Notes: generated by a model not told the origin, from the sequence alone. DNA of 32,000 nt from Nostoc sp. PCC 7120 = FACHB-418 (GCF_000009705.1 NC_003272.1:3300001-3332000), one strand, 5' to 3'. Counted from the first letter of the stretch, positions 1 through 9,564 are shown. A program made the numbers and translations.

Positions 1-264
1 CCACACCACCAATGCAGCTACTAAACCCAGCAGCAATGCCAAGAAGGTAATTAATGATGCTAGTATGGGAGTACTCCCAGCACCACTAAGTTCATTCTGA
101 CTGCCTTTACGAGCCAGTGCCACCAGTTCCAACGGTACTCCTACCCAGTAAAGACCACGACCTAAAAATTGCGGTAACCATGTAGGTAAAAATCTAAATA
201 TTAATAAACCCAAACTTATCCACAGAATCAGGGGTGTATAAGCCTGAAACAAAGTTTCTGTCAT
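1..264 (-). CDS. Integral membrane protein, N-terminal part only (runs off the window edge); possibly an AEC-type (auxin efflux carrier family) permease
   Basis: Absent from the ORF track because it is open at position 1. My translation from the ATG at 264-262 (minus) is MTETLFQAYTPLILWISLGLLIFRFLPTWLPQFLGRGLYWVGVPLELVALARKGSQNEL..., with no stop before the edge and hydrophobic spans. The family name is from memory of similar N-termini and is unverified. Confidence 0.45.
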   Translation of the reverse strand, partial: MTETLFQAYTPLILWISLGLLIFRFLPTWLPQFLGRGLYWVGVPLELVALARKGSQNELSGAGSTPILASLITFLALLLGLVAALVVW

Positions 265-429
265 GAATCATCATAGGGATTAAGCAGTGTCATTAGTCTC
301 AAGTACGCGTCTTGGGTCAACTCAAAACGCCAAAACCCAGATAAATCTGACTTTCTTCATTCCGAATTACCAATTGTCGCTAGAGACAGACAACTTGAGT
401 TTAGTTGATTTAGATATAAAAATTCATAC

Positions 430-2826
430 TTAATTTATAGCGGCTGACATCCTCTGAATCCGCCAAATATCATCTTGTCGAATCAATTCATAGCGTACAC
501 GTAATCTTTCGTCAGAAGACTTCCCTTTTTGCCCATTCTCATAAAATTGGGTTAACTCTCTGACTGTAGCCCCCACACTTGCACGATTGGGATCTATGTC
601 AGATTTACTGATGGAGTCTACCTTGACACTATGACTGTATTCTCGATGACGATTGTCTGCTTTATCTTGCAAGGCAATTAGCCGCCATTGAGATAACGCT
701 GAACCAGTTAAAATCTCGTTTAAACTCTCAATTTTATGTTCAGCGCCTAAAGCACTAGCTTTGGTAGCCAACCAATTTTCAATTATTTTCCTTGCCGTTT
801 CTTCTGTGAGACTCACCTCTGGGGATTGTATCTGGGCATTTTTGTCAGGAATCTCTAAAGGTGGTTGACTAATCTGAATCGATAATTGCTCACCTTGTAA
901 AGATGGTGCTGGGAAGAATACATTCTTTAACCACCCAAAAGTCGTTGAGACTATCAGCCAGAACAATAATATCCCACCCAAAGAACCCAAAACTATCCAA
1001 AGTAATCTTGTTTTCCGGCCTAGAGTGCTAGGTGAGGGTTGGCGTTGCTGATGAATACTGTGTCCTCTGTTGACAACTGCCTGTGGCTTCTTGCGTCTCC
1101 TGCGTTTAGGAGTTTGCCGTGGAGGGGTCGATTGGGTATAACCACTTACCCCCGGCTGAACAGGTCTGCTGGCGCGTTCTACAGGGATCTCTGGTGGATA
1201 ATTGTCAGTGTAAGCATCTGTGGTCGATATATTTTCTCTAGCAGTTGTAAAATTTGAAGACTCTGGTCTTCTGTGGTTTGATGTTTCTGGTAATTCGGGA
1301 TCAGGGGTTCTGTTTTGATGAAACTGCCGATTTACTTCTGATGGATGACTACGTTGGGGAACTGGTCTTGTGGACGCTTCTCCTGGCCTGTTCGCCTTCC
1401 CTACGGGACGTTTGGCGACTGGCGTTCCTCCAGAGTAAGAATTGCCCCTGGGTTGAGAAAACGATTGGCGGTTAATTACAGCCCATTCATTAGTGGTTTC
1501 CGCGTCGTTGGGCAAGGCTTCTAAATACGCTTGTACTTGTTGATTAGCAAAGTAATCTTTCAGGGAAGCTTGCTGTCTGGACAAATCGCGGAAATGGGGG
1601 AAAACTTCATTTTGCAGCCATTGTTCGGCATATAAGCACAAACCTGGCAGTAAATCGGGTGAATCTTGAGATTTTTCTCGAATTAAGGCTAAAGCTTCGT
1701 ATTCTTGGCTCAGTTCTAAAACTCGCGTGGCTTCTTCAGTTTGCCCTAGTAATAGCGCACACAGGGACTGCTCTAAATGCACATCTTGCCGCTTAGACAA
1801 ACGCATCAGAATTTGCTTGGCATGACGAATTAAAGCGGGCTGGCGTTGGGTGAATCCTCTGGCGATGGAAGCATAAACAGCTAAGTATGTAGCCACAGCC
1901 GAAGGGCGTTTGCTTTCACCATCAAACAACTTATGTTGTTCAGCCACTGTTAAGTGGTGGCGTAATTGCTGGATGAATCGGAGGAAGTCATCAATGTTTA
2001 AGCCTGATTGATCATTGCCTGTACCATCAATGCCACCGCGATCGTCTAAGATGCTTTGTAATAGATCCAGCCCTTGGTGGCGTTCAATGGTTTTTTCCTG
2101 GGGTAAGGCAAGTAATTCTAAAATTCTATAAGGGCGTAATTTGTAAAGATCAGCCTGAATTTCTGCCTGGACGCTGGGGAAGATGCCTTCACTAAACAGC
2201 ACTTCTTGCCCAGTCTCTAAAGACAAAGCAGCGTTTTCATAGTGGCCTTGTTGCCATTGTTCCCGCCCTAATTCTAATGAGGCCAAAGCAACAGTCAAGA
2301 GAATATCTGGACGTTCAGAACTATCGAGAAATTCTTCAGGCGTGCGATGATTGCCATTTCTGGTGGATGCTGTGCCGTTTTGATTACCTAAGTAATTACG
2401 ACCTAACTTGAGTACGAGTTCATACTCTCCCAACTCTTGCAAAATTAATAAAGCACCAATTAATTCCTCGGAGGAAACTTCGATGCTCAGGCTTTGGACA
2501 TCGAAATGACCATTGTTGCTGTCCCCACGATTTTCCACTGCCACTTTGGTTGTAGCCGCGTTGTCTGGGTCGTAGGCGTGAGCAAGATACAGCTGGTCAT
2601 AACTGCTGCGTTCCTTTGGATCTGATAAAACCACGTAAGCTTCTTCTATAAGTTGTTTACGGGAAGCAATTGCTGCTTGAGAATACTCCCGTCGCGGCAA
2701 TTGGACAATGCGATCGCTGTATGCTTGTCGCAGTTGTTCATCACTTGCCGCTAACGGTAGCCCTAAAATTCGGTAGTAATCTAGCGGAATTCGCACAGCG
2801 TACTTCCCCTGCACCGTGATCAACAT
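430..2826 (-). CDS. zipN: Cell division protein ZipN/Ftn2 (plastid ARC6 homologue) with an N-terminal J-like domain
   Basis: 798-aa ORF. The N-terminus RIPLDYYRILGLPLAASDEQLRQAYSDR...VLSDPKERSSYDQ is the degenerate DnaJ domain typical of Ftn2/ARC6. It is followed by a long helical middle, a Pro/Arg-rich linker, one TM segment (LLWIVLGSLGGILLFWLIVSTTF) and a conserved C-terminal domain. An alternative GTG start at 2796 would give the canonical (M)RIPLDYY N-terminus. Confidence 0.85.
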   Translation of the reverse strand: MLITVQGKYAVRIPLDYYRILGLPLAASDEQLRQAYSDRIVQLPRREYSQAAIASRKQLIEEAYVVLSDPKERSSYDQLYLAHAYDPDNAATTKVAVENRGDSNNGHFDVQSLSIEVSSEELIGALLILQELGEYELVLKLGRNYLGNQNGTASTRNGNHRTPEEFLDSSERPDILLTVALASLELGREQWQQGHYENAALSLETGQEVLFSEGIFPSVQAEIQADLYKLRPYRILELLALPQEKTIERHQGLDLLQSILDDRGGIDGTGNDQSGLNIDDFLRFIQQLRHHLTVAEQHKLFDGESKRPSAVATYLAVYASIARGFTQRQPALIRHAKQILMRLSKRQDVHLEQSLCALLLGQTEEATRVLELSQEYEALALIREKSQDSPDLLPGLCLYAEQWLQNEVFPHFRDLSRQQASLKDYFANQQVQAYLEALPNDAETTNEWAVINRQSFSQPRGNSYSGGTPVAKRPVGKANRPGEASTRPVPQRSHPSEVNRQFHQNRTPDPELPETSNHRRPESSNFTTARENISTTDAYTDNYPPEIPVERASRPVQPGVSGYTQSTPPRQTPKRRRRKKPQAVVNRGHSIHQQRQPSPSTLGRKTRLLWIVLGSLGGILLFWLIVSTTFGWLKNVFFPAPSLQGEQLSIQISQPPLEIPDKNAQIQSPEVSLTEETARKIIENWLATKASALGAEHKIESLNEILTGSALSQWRLIALQDKADNRHREYSHSVKVDSISKSDIDPNRASVGATVRELTQFYENGQKGKSSDERLRVRYELIRQDDIWRIQRMSAAIN

Positions 2827-3117
2827 AATTCACCTAGACCATTCCAGGCTTGTAAAACCGTGCCATAATCATACGGTGAATAATACCGTGGTGAACTTAC
2901 ACTATAAGTGTATATTGCAACAATTACTTTTGTATCTTCCCAAAAATTTGTGTCATATTTTATTCCTTGGCTAGGAAATGTTGATGTTTTGTCTTAATTC
3001 TTAGTATTTCTGCTGAAAATAACTGTTATCAATAATTAAGTTACTGTAAAACCAACATAAGAATCATTGTTTTTGAGTACGAATGTTGTGCTTACACATA
3101 AGTACAATTAATCCCGT

Positions 3118-3135
3118 ATCAGAAAATTTTCTGAT
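3118..3135. repeat. Perfect 18-bp palindrome ATCAGAAAATTTTCTGAT in the zipN/pdhA divergent intergenic region; function unknown
   Basis: Read directly: the 9+9 nt are self-complementary with no mismatch. It lies in an 880-bp gene-free AT-rich region. Confidence 0.6.
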
Positions 3136-3707
3136 TCAGGAGTTAAATATGCACCACTGCTAATGGTAGATGTGGATAACAGAAAGAACAAGATATTATC
3201 ATAACTATATTTTTATGGCAACTACACAAATATAGGCATCCGATGTGATCTCTGTTGGCATAGCCTGGGCAGAAAAATTCCCTACATCTTATTAATCTCT
3301 CTTCTCCTCTGTCTCCTACCTCCGAAAATAAATATGGCTACACCACTCTGCACAAATGAAAATCAAAACTGAATCCTATATACATTGAGGAGTCGTCACT
3401 CTTATTTCTTGGAAATTGTTCATCGGTATGCAGAAACCGAGCTATCCTGGGTGATAGTCTATGAACTGAAATAGGGATGAGTCAGACTGAGAACAAGAAT
3501 ATTGTTGTTACAGTGAGATATTCCCAGATAAATGTCCCATAAACACAAAATTCCAGCATTTACTCTCTACTATTTCCCATAATTCTTTGTGGTGTAGAAA
3601 ATTTGGTTGTTCACTCTAGTAAACCCTGCTGGGGAAAATAAAATTGCTCAGAAAACAACCTATTTAAAATGGTAAATTTCGATTTTAGACAGGAATACTA
3701 AAAAATA

Positions 3708-4742
3708 ATGGTTCAAGAACGCACAATACCTAAATTTAATACTGCCAACGCCAAAATCACCAAAGAAGAAGGGCTTCTTTTATACGAAGACATGACTTTG
3801 GGGCGTTTTTTTGAAGATAAATGTGCCGAAATGTACTACAGAGGCAAAATGTTTGGTTTTGTCCACTTGTACAACGGACAAGAAGCAGTTTCTACTGGCG
3901 TAATTCAAGCGATGCGACCAGGGGAAGATTTTGTTAGCAGTACCTACCGCGACCACGTTCATGCTTTGAGTGCTGGAGTCCCAGCTAGAGAAGTCATGGC
4001 GGAGTTATTTGGCAAAGCCACAGGTTGCAGCAAAGGGCGCGGCGGTTCCATGCATATGTTTTCCGCCGAACATGGCTTATTAGGCGGCTATGCTTTCGTT
4101 GCGGAAGGAATTCCTGTAGCAGCTGGTGCAGCTTTTCAAAGTAAATACCGCCGGGAAGTTTTGGGAGACCCCAACGCCGACCAGGTAACAGCTTGCTTCT
4201 TCGGTGATGGTGCAGCTAATAACGGGCAGTTCTTTGAAACTCTCAATATGGCTGCTCTTTGGAAACTGCCAATTATTTTCGTGGTAGAAAATAATAAGTG
4301 GGCCATTGGTATGGCTCACGACCGAGCAACTTCTGACCCAGAGATTTACAAAAAAGCCAGCGTCTTTAACATGGTTGGCGTAGAAGTAGATGGTATGGAT
4401 GTGCTGGCGGTGCGTGCAGTCGCGCAAGAAGCCGTAGCCCGTGCGCGTGCTGGTGAAGGCCCGACCTTAATAGAAGCTCTAACCTACCGTTTCCGTGGTC
4501 ACTCTTTGGCAGACCCGGATGAAATGCGTAGCAAAGCTGAGAAAGAATTTTGGTTTTCCCGTGACCCAATTAAGAAGCTAGCAGCTTATCTAATAGAGCA
4601 GAACTTGGCAGATGAGGCAGAACTCAAAGCCATCGAGCGCAAGATTCAGGACGTGATTGATGATGCGGTGAAGTTCGCAGAAAGTAGCCCTGAACCAGAC
4701 CCCAGCGAATTGTATCGCTTTGTCTTCGCAGAAGACGAATAA
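3708..4742 (+). CDS. pdhA: Pyruvate dehydrogenase (acetyl-transferring) E1 component, alpha subunit
   Basis: 344-aa ORF with E1-alpha hallmarks: the ThDP-binding region [37 protein letters not shown], plus YRDHVHAL and [14 protein letters not shown]. Confidence 0.9.
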   Translation: MVQERTIPKFNTANAKITKEEGLLLYEDMTLGRFFEDKCAEMYYRGKMFGFVHLYNGQEAVSTGVIQAMRPGEDFVSSTYRDHVHALSAGVPAREVMAELFGKATGCSKGRGGSMHMFSAEHGLLGGYAFVAEGIPVAAGAAFQSKYRREVLGDPNADQVTACFFGDGAANNGQFFETLNMAALWKLPIIFVVENNKWAIGMAHDRATSDPEIYKKASVFNMVGVEVDGMDVLAVRAVAQEAVARARAGEGPTLIEALTYRFRGHSLADPDEMRSKAEKEFWFSRDPIKKLAAYLIEQNLADEAELKAIERKIQDVIDDAVKFAESSPEPDPSELYRFVFAEDE

Positions 4743-4752
4743 ATTGAGGACT

Positions 4753-4840
4753 GGGGATTAGGGATTGGGGATTAGGGATTATATATTTAGCTCTGAACCC
4801 CAATGCTTCTAGCCCCTAATCTCTCGCCTCCAGCCCCTAG
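4753..4840. repeat. STRR1-type heptamer repeats in inverted arrangement (a GGGGATT/AGGGATT x4 arm and a CCCCAAT/CCCCTAAT/CCCCTAG arm); possible pdhA terminator hairpin
   Basis: Four tandem heptamers at 4753-4780. The complementary C-rich units lie at 4798-4840. The arms can pair imperfectly (for example GATTAGGG with CCCTAATC). Confidence 0.6.
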
Positions 4841-4858
4841 CCTCTGAGGACTCAACTT

Positions 4859-5728
4859 GTGTTTAGTATTGCCATCCAACAGCAACAGTACAAAACCTAT
4901 ATCCTTTCTGATGAAACGACTGGTTCTCAATTGGAAGTTGTACCAGAACGTGGCGGTATTATTACCCGTTGGCGTGTGAAGGGAGAGGAAATTCTCTACC
5001 TAGATGCTGAACGCTTCACTCATCCGGATTTGAGCGTCAGAGGTGGAGTACCAATTCTATTTCCCATCTGCGGCAACTTACCGGATAATTCTTACACCCT
5101 CAACGGTCAGCAGCACACACTCAAACAACATGGGTTTGCCCGTGATTTGCCCTGGGAAGTAGTTGAGCAGACCACTAAGGACTCAGCTGCACTGACGTTA
5201 GTTCTCCGTAGCAACGAACAAACAAAGGCGGTTTATCCTTTCGATTTCCAATTAGTATTCACTTACGTACTACGAGGGAATACTCTAGAAATTCGCCAGG
5301 AGTACCAAAATCTGTCATCTACGCAATTGCCATTCTCGGCTGGGTTCCATCCTTACTTCTTTACTGGAGATAAAAATCAACTGGAATTTGACATTCCCTC
5401 CCAGGAGTATCAAGACCAGCAAACAAAGGAAGTTCATCCCTTTAATGGCAATTTTGACTTTAACCGTGATGAAATGGATTTTGCGTTTGGTCACATCACC
5501 AGCCAGTCTGCTAGTGTCATCGACCGTAATCGGCAGTTTAAACTAACTTTGGATGCTGATGATATTTTTTCAATGTTGGTATTTTGGACGCTCAAGGGCA
5601 AAGAATTCTATTGTCTAGAACCTTGGAGCGCTCCTCGTAACTCCCTGAATACTGGTGAAAAGCTGACGGTGCTAGAGCCAGGCACTAGCTACAAAGCATC
5701 TGTAAGATTGTCGGCAAGTTTTTTCTAA
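4859..5728 (+). CDS. Aldose 1-epimerase (galactose mutarotase-like) family protein
   Basis: 289-aa ORF with a GTG start. LEVVPERGGIITRWRV, GGVPILFPICGNLPDN, HGFARDLPWEV and FHPYF are typical of the mutarotase-like fold. Confidence 0.75.
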   Translation: MFSIAIQQQQYKTYILSDETTGSQLEVVPERGGIITRWRVKGEEILYLDAERFTHPDLSVRGGVPILFPICGNLPDNSYTLNGQQHTLKQHGFARDLPWEVVEQTTKDSAALTLVLRSNEQTKAVYPFDFQLVFTYVLRGNTLEIRQEYQNLSSTQLPFSAGFHPYFFTGDKNQLEFDIPSQEYQDQQTKEVHPFNGNFDFNRDEMDFAFGHITSQSASVIDRNRQFKLTLDADDIFSMLVFWTLKGKEFYCLEPWSAPRNSLNTGEKLTVLEPGTSYKASVRLSASFF

Positions 5729-5734
5729 AAACCC

Positions 5735-5765
5735 TTTACAAGTCTACGGTTGTTTATGCTATGAT
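5735..5765 (+). promoter_or_regulatory. Candidate sigma70-type promoter for tRNA-Lys (-35 TTTACA/TTACAA, -10 TATGAT)
   Basis: TTACAA at 5736-5741, an 18-nt spacer, then TATGAT at 5760-5765. This sits about 25 nt upstream of the tRNA 5' end. Motif inspection only. Confidence 0.35.
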
Positions 5766-5790
5766 GGCAAAGTTGCGAAACAAACCGCAA

Positions 5791-5862
5791 GGGTCGCTAA
5801 CTCAACGGTAGAGTACTCGGCTTTTAACCGATTAGTTCCGGGTTCGAATCCCGGGCGACCCA
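5791..5862 (+). tRNA. tRNA-Lys (anticodon UUU)
   Basis: Folded by hand. Acceptor stem GGGTCGC/GCGACCC; D arm ACTC-AACGGTA-GAGT; anticodon arm CTCGG-CTTTTAA-CCGAT (one C-T mismatch); variable loop TAGTT; T arm CCGGG-TTCGAAT-CCCGG; discriminator A. CCA is not encoded. Confidence 0.9.
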
Positions 5863-6186
5863 TAAAATGAACAAACAAACTCGCTGATGCTTTTAAATGA
5901 AAGTAGAGGCGGGTTTCATAATAAGAGCAAATTTACAGTGTTGATAATCTGCGCCCCATTTGTTTTTTAAAACTATAGAGTGACTGTTTGACTTCTGAAT
6001 TATATGGGGTTTAAGGCAAGTGTTATGGGGCATTGCTCACACTAACCTAGATGTCTTTGGCAATGCTAACCCTACAAATAATACAAATACTTAAAGATGA
6101 CGAATGACTGAAATTGATGTGGTATTGCGTCAATAATGCTCAACACAGTTTATTCTATACAGGAATTAGGAGCAAATTCTTTCATT

Positions 6187-6975
6187 ATGTGCCGTCTACT
6201 TGCCTACCTTGGTTCGCCTATTTCTCTGGAATATCTCTTGTATAAACCAGAACATTCGCTGATAGTTCAAAGTTACCAACCCCGTGAAATGACTTCTGGG
6301 GTGGTAAATGCAGACGGCTTTGGTGTGGGTTGGTATCATAGCCAAAAAGATACTGAACCTTTTACCTATAAAAATACTCTGCCTATTTGGAATGATATTA
6401 ATTTGCCTAGTCTGAGCCGTTATGTGGAATCTAAGTGTATTTTAGCTTATGTGCGTAGTGCGACAGCAGGACAAGCTCTAGATTTTGCCAACTGTCAGCC
6501 ATTTCATTATAAGCAATCCCTATTTATTCATAATGGTTACATTGAGAATTTTCGCAAGACCTTACATCGCAAACTCCGCAGTATTTTAACCCCAGATTTT
6601 TACGAACATATCAATGGAAGTACTGATTCTGAACATATTTTTGCGTTACTACTTTCACAAATTCAAAGCAATAAACATCGTTCTGTAGAGTCGGTTTTAC
6701 GTAACACTTTACTCATGCTGTGGGAGATGGCAAAACGTCATCAAGTTGATGCTTCTGCAAATGTAGTTTTTAGTGATGGCGATCGCCTCATCGCCTCCCG
6801 CTTTGCTTCATCTTCATCACCGCCATCACTGTATTGGCTCAAAGATGATTTAACTTTTCCTAATTCTGTCATTATTGCATCTGAACCATTATTTGCAGGT
6901 AATTGGACTGCTTGTCCAGAAAATAGCATTATCAGTGTGGGAGAGGATTGTGATATCAAAATTGAAAGCATCTAG
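6187..6975 (+). CDS. egtC: Class II (Ntn) glutamine amidotransferase, EgtC-like (gamma-glutamyl-hercynylcysteine sulfoxide hydrolase)
   Basis: Start moved from 6136 to the ATG at 6187, so the protein begins MCRLLAYLGSP... with the obligatory Cys2 nucleophile of Ntn amidotransferases. NADGFGVGWY and FIHNGYIENF fit EgtC. It lies immediately upstream of egtB. Confidence 0.8.
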   Translation: MCRLLAYLGSPISLEYLLYKPEHSLIVQSYQPREMTSGVVNADGFGVGWYHSQKDTEPFTYKNTLPIWNDINLPSLSRYVESKCILAYVRSATAGQALDFANCQPFHYKQSLFIHNGYIENFRKTLHRKLRSILTPDFYEHINGSTDSEHIFALLLSQIQSNKHRSVESVLRNTLLMLWEMAKRHQVDASANVVFSDGDRLIASRFASSSSPPSLYWLKDDLTFPNSVIIASEPLFAGNWTACPENSIISVGEDCDIKIESI

Positions 6976-6976
6976 T

Positions 6977-8215
6977 GTGAAAGAGTTGATTGCTTTTGCT
7001 TTGGAGGAGTGTCGCACTAAAACCCTAAGTTTATTTGTAGGTATGGATGCAGCTACATTCTGTTGTCAACCTCATGCTGATTTTAGTCCTGTGGGTTGGC
7101 ATTTGGGACATATTGCCTATATAGAATCTCTTTGGGTATTAGAACATAGTGCTGATTTACCATGCTTATTTCCCCAATATCGTCAGTTATTCGCAGCTGA
7201 TGGTTTACCGAAAAAACAACGAGGCCAATTACCAGAAATAGCAGAAATCGTTTATTACTTGGATACAGTGAGAGCAAAGGTTTTGGAATATCTAGAAGTA
7301 GCTGATATCCAACAGCAAGAACGACTTTGGCGCTTTTTAATTCAGCACGAAAGCCAACACTGCGAAATCATAACTATGGTGTTGGAATTACTTAACTGTC
7401 AACTGCCAACTGTCAACTGTCAACTATCAACCGTCAACCATCAACAGTTAAATTCTGTGGGGGAGATGGTGGAAATTCCCGCAGGGGAGTTTGAGTTGGG
7501 TAACGATTCCATTGATGCTTTAGATAATGAGCGTCCAGCACATAGAGTTTATTTAGATACTTACTGGATTGACCGTTACCCTGTGACGTGTGGTGAATAT
7601 GGGGTATTTATAGAGGCTGGAGGGTATCAAAACCCTGAATGGTGGTCAGTAGCAGGTTGGAAATGGTTACAAACAGAGCAAGTAATACAACCACTTTACT
7701 GGAATCGCCTAAGCTCTACCACGGAGAATCACCCAGTATATGGTGTTAGTTGGTACGAAGCCGAAGCTTATGCGCGGTTCGTCGGTAAGCGTTTACCCAC
7801 AGAAGTTGAATGGGAAAAAGCCGCAAGTTGGAATGTCAAAGCTGACTGTCGCCACACCTACCCTTGGGGGGAAGATATGCCAACACCCCAGAATTGTAAT
7901 TGTGATGGACTACGACGAGGTTTAGGCGAGAAAACCACACCAGTCAATGCTTACCCGGCTGGGCAAAGTGCCTATGGTATATATGACACTTTAGGAAATG
8001 TTTGGGAGTGGACAGCTTCTTGGTTCGATGGTTACAAAGGTTTTCAAAGTTACCCATACAAAGGTTACGCGCAAGTTTATTTTGACCAAAAACATCGCGT
8101 GTTAAAAGGTGGTAGTTGGGCAACACGTCCTTGGGTACTGCGTCCTAGTTTCCGCAATTGGTATCATCCCCAGGTTCGTCAGATTTTTGCTGGGTTTCGT
8201 TGTGCGAGGGATTAG
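6977..8215 (+). CDS. egtB: Ergothioneine biosynthesis sulfoxide synthase EgtB (DinB-like domain plus FGE-sulfatase domain)
   Basis: The N-terminal DinB-type region contains FSPVGWHLGHIAYIESLW and HESQHCEII. The C-terminal FGE-sulfatase domain contains IPAGEFELGND, RYPVTCGEY, GNVWEWT and RGGSW-like KGGSWAT. The track start at 6875 lies inside egtC. In-frame starts are GTG 6977 (directly after the egtC TAG), TTG 6962 and GTG 6950 (which has a GGAGAGGA SD). The start is uncertain. Confidence 0.85.
   Translation: MKELIAFALEECRTKTLSLFVGMDAATFCCQPHADFSPVGWHLGHIAYIESLWVLEHSADLPCLFPQYRQLFAADGLPKKQRGQLPEIAEIVYYLDTVRAKVLEYLEVADIQQQERLWRFLIQHESQHCEIITMVLELLNCQLPTVNCQLSTVNHQQLNSVGEMVEIPAGEFELGNDSIDALDNERPAHRVYLDTYWIDRYPVTCGEYGVFIEAGGYQNPEWWSVAGWKWLQTEQVIQPLYWNRLSSTTENHPVYGVSWYEAEAYARFVGKRLPTEVEWEKAASWNVKADCRHTYPWGEDMPTPQNCNCDGLRRGLGEKTTPVNAYPAGQSAYGIYDTLGNVWEWTASWFDGYKGFQSYPYKGYAQVYFDQKHRVLKGGSWATRPWVLRPSFRNWYHPQVRQIFAGFRCARD
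7394..7449 (+). repeat. Eight tandem heptamers (AACTGTC consensus, an STRR3-related family) lying in-frame inside egtB
   Basis: The units read AACTGTC AACTGCC AACTGTC AACTGTC AACTATC AACCGTC AACCATC AACAGTT. They translate as NCQLPTVNCQLSTVNHQQLNS, between the DinB-like and FGE-sulfatase domains. Confidence 0.85.
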
Positions 8216-8270
8216 GGACGAATCAATTCAAAATTCGTTGTGGAAAGTTGAGCTATTGTGTTGGTGTTTA

Positions 8271-8298
8271 TGTAGCCTCTTCTAACGGAGAGGCTACA
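8271..8298 (+). terminator. Stem-loop downstream of egtB (10-bp perfect stem); possible terminator
   Basis: TGTAGCCTCT-tctaacgg-AGAGGCTACA, followed by tggttttgggagtttt, which is only moderately T-rich. Confidence 0.35.
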
Positions 8299-8550
8299 TG
8301 GTTTTGGGAGTTTTATATGATGAGAGATGAAACAGAAATGAGAGAGTAGGATAACAATTCTTACTCAAGATGGGCCGAACGCCCCGCTATCGCTAACAAC
8401 ATTTTCTTAGACAAAAACCTTAAATATAGCTTTAAAGTTTGAGTATTCCTGCTGTGGCGTGATGTTATTTATTATGGCTATATGTTTCACTGGCTAGCGT
8501 AAAGATTCTTCTTTCAGGGCAATCTCTTACATCCAGCATCCGGAGGTTAA

Positions 8551-9564
8551 ATGTCAGTACTGAAAGCTACTAACAGCATTGAACAACGTTTGCAAATACA
8601 GCGTTTGCAAGCGCCAACCCGCGTAGTTACATCTACGGCTGGGGGTGATGTGGTAAAGGGGTTAACTCAAACACCCAAAACTTTACCCCCTTGTTATTTC
8701 TATGATGACAGAGGTTCTGAATTATTTGAGCGTATCTGTGAGTTACCTGAATATTACGTGACACGCACAGAAACGGCTATTCTACAAAGGTTTGCAGGTG
8801 AAATTGCTCGAATTACTGGCGCTTGCGAGTTAGTAGAACTGGGAAGCGGTAATTCTACCAAAACTCGTATATTACTGGATGCTTATCAGCAACTAGATTA
8901 TCCTCTGCGTTATTTACCGATTGATGTTTGTGCAGGGATTTTGGAAAGTAGCGCCAAGCAGTTACTTCAAGACTATCCTTCCCTAGAAGTTTATGCACTA
9001 GCAGGAACTTATGAATTAGCACTTGCACAACTTACTACCAGAAAATTATCTAGTAGGATGATTTGTTTTATTGGTAGTACCTTAGGTAATCTGAACCAGC
9101 AAGAGTGTGATGTCTTCTTGTCCCAAATTAGAGCAACTTTAAATTTTGGGGAATATTTCTTATTGGGGGTAGATTTGCAAAAGCCAAAGGAGATTTTGGA
9201 ACCAGCATATAGCGACAGTCAAGGAGTAACCGCAGAATTTAACCTGAATATGTTGGAGCATTTAAACCGAAGTTTTGAGGGAAATTTTGATACGACACAG
9301 TTTGAACACTGGGCGTTTTATAATGAAAGTGAACAGCAAATTGAGATGCACTTGAAAAGTGAGCGATCGCAAACTGTCCAGTTAAAGTCTCTCAATCTCA
9401 CCGTTAATTTTGCCCAAGGTGAAACCATCCTCACCGAAATTTCTCGCAAATTTAACCTCGAAAGCATTCAGCAGCAACTCGCAGCTAAAGGTTTAATACC
9501 TGTCCAGACCTGGACTGATGCAAATCAGTGGTTTGGTTTATTGCTATGTCAAGTGCAAGGATAA
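8551..9564 (+). CDS. egtD: L-histidine N-alpha-methyltransferase EgtD
   Basis: 337-aa ORF. The signature YFYDDRGSELFERICELPEYYVTRTE, the SAM motif ELGSGNSTKTRILL, and FIGSTLGNL are characteristic of EgtD. A GGAGG SD precedes the ATG. Confidence 0.9.
   Translation: MSVLKATNSIEQRLQIQRLQAPTRVVTSTAGGDVVKGLTQTPKTLPPCYFYDDRGSELFERICELPEYYVTRTETAILQRFAGEIARITGACELVELGSGNSTKTRILLDAYQQLDYPLRYLPIDVCAGILESSAKQLLQDYPSLEVYALAGTYELALAQLTTRKLSSRMICFIGSTLGNLNQQECDVFLSQIRATLNFGEYFLLGVDLQKPKEILEPAYSDSQGVTAEFNLNMLEHLNRSFEGNFDTTQFEHWAFYNESEQQIEMHLKSERSQTVQLKSLNLTVNFAQGETILTEISRKFNLESIQQQLAAKGLIPVQTWTDANQWFGLLLCQVQG

Noticed and set aside
1039-1475. Track ORFs 1039-1257 (+) and 1254-1475 (+)
   Set aside because: They lie entirely antisense within the well-supported zipN CDS, have odd composition and contain no motifs. 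These are shadow ORFs.
3780-4569. Minus-strand track ORFs 3780-3962, 4080-4427 and 4366-4569
   Set aside because: They are antisense shadows inside pdhA, and their sequences do not look protein-like.
6875-6976. The track start at 6875 for egtB, and the antisense ORFs 6741-6971, 7083-7277, 7740-7925 and 7944-8126
   Set aside because: The 6875 start would overlap 100 nt of egtC in another frame and add residues unrelated to EgtB. Starts at 6950, 6962 or 6977 fit better. The other ORFs are shadows inside egtC and egtB.
8158-8349. Track ORF 8158-8349 (+)
   Set aside because: It begins inside egtB in another frame, runs through the terminator-like hairpin, and has no SD or motifs.
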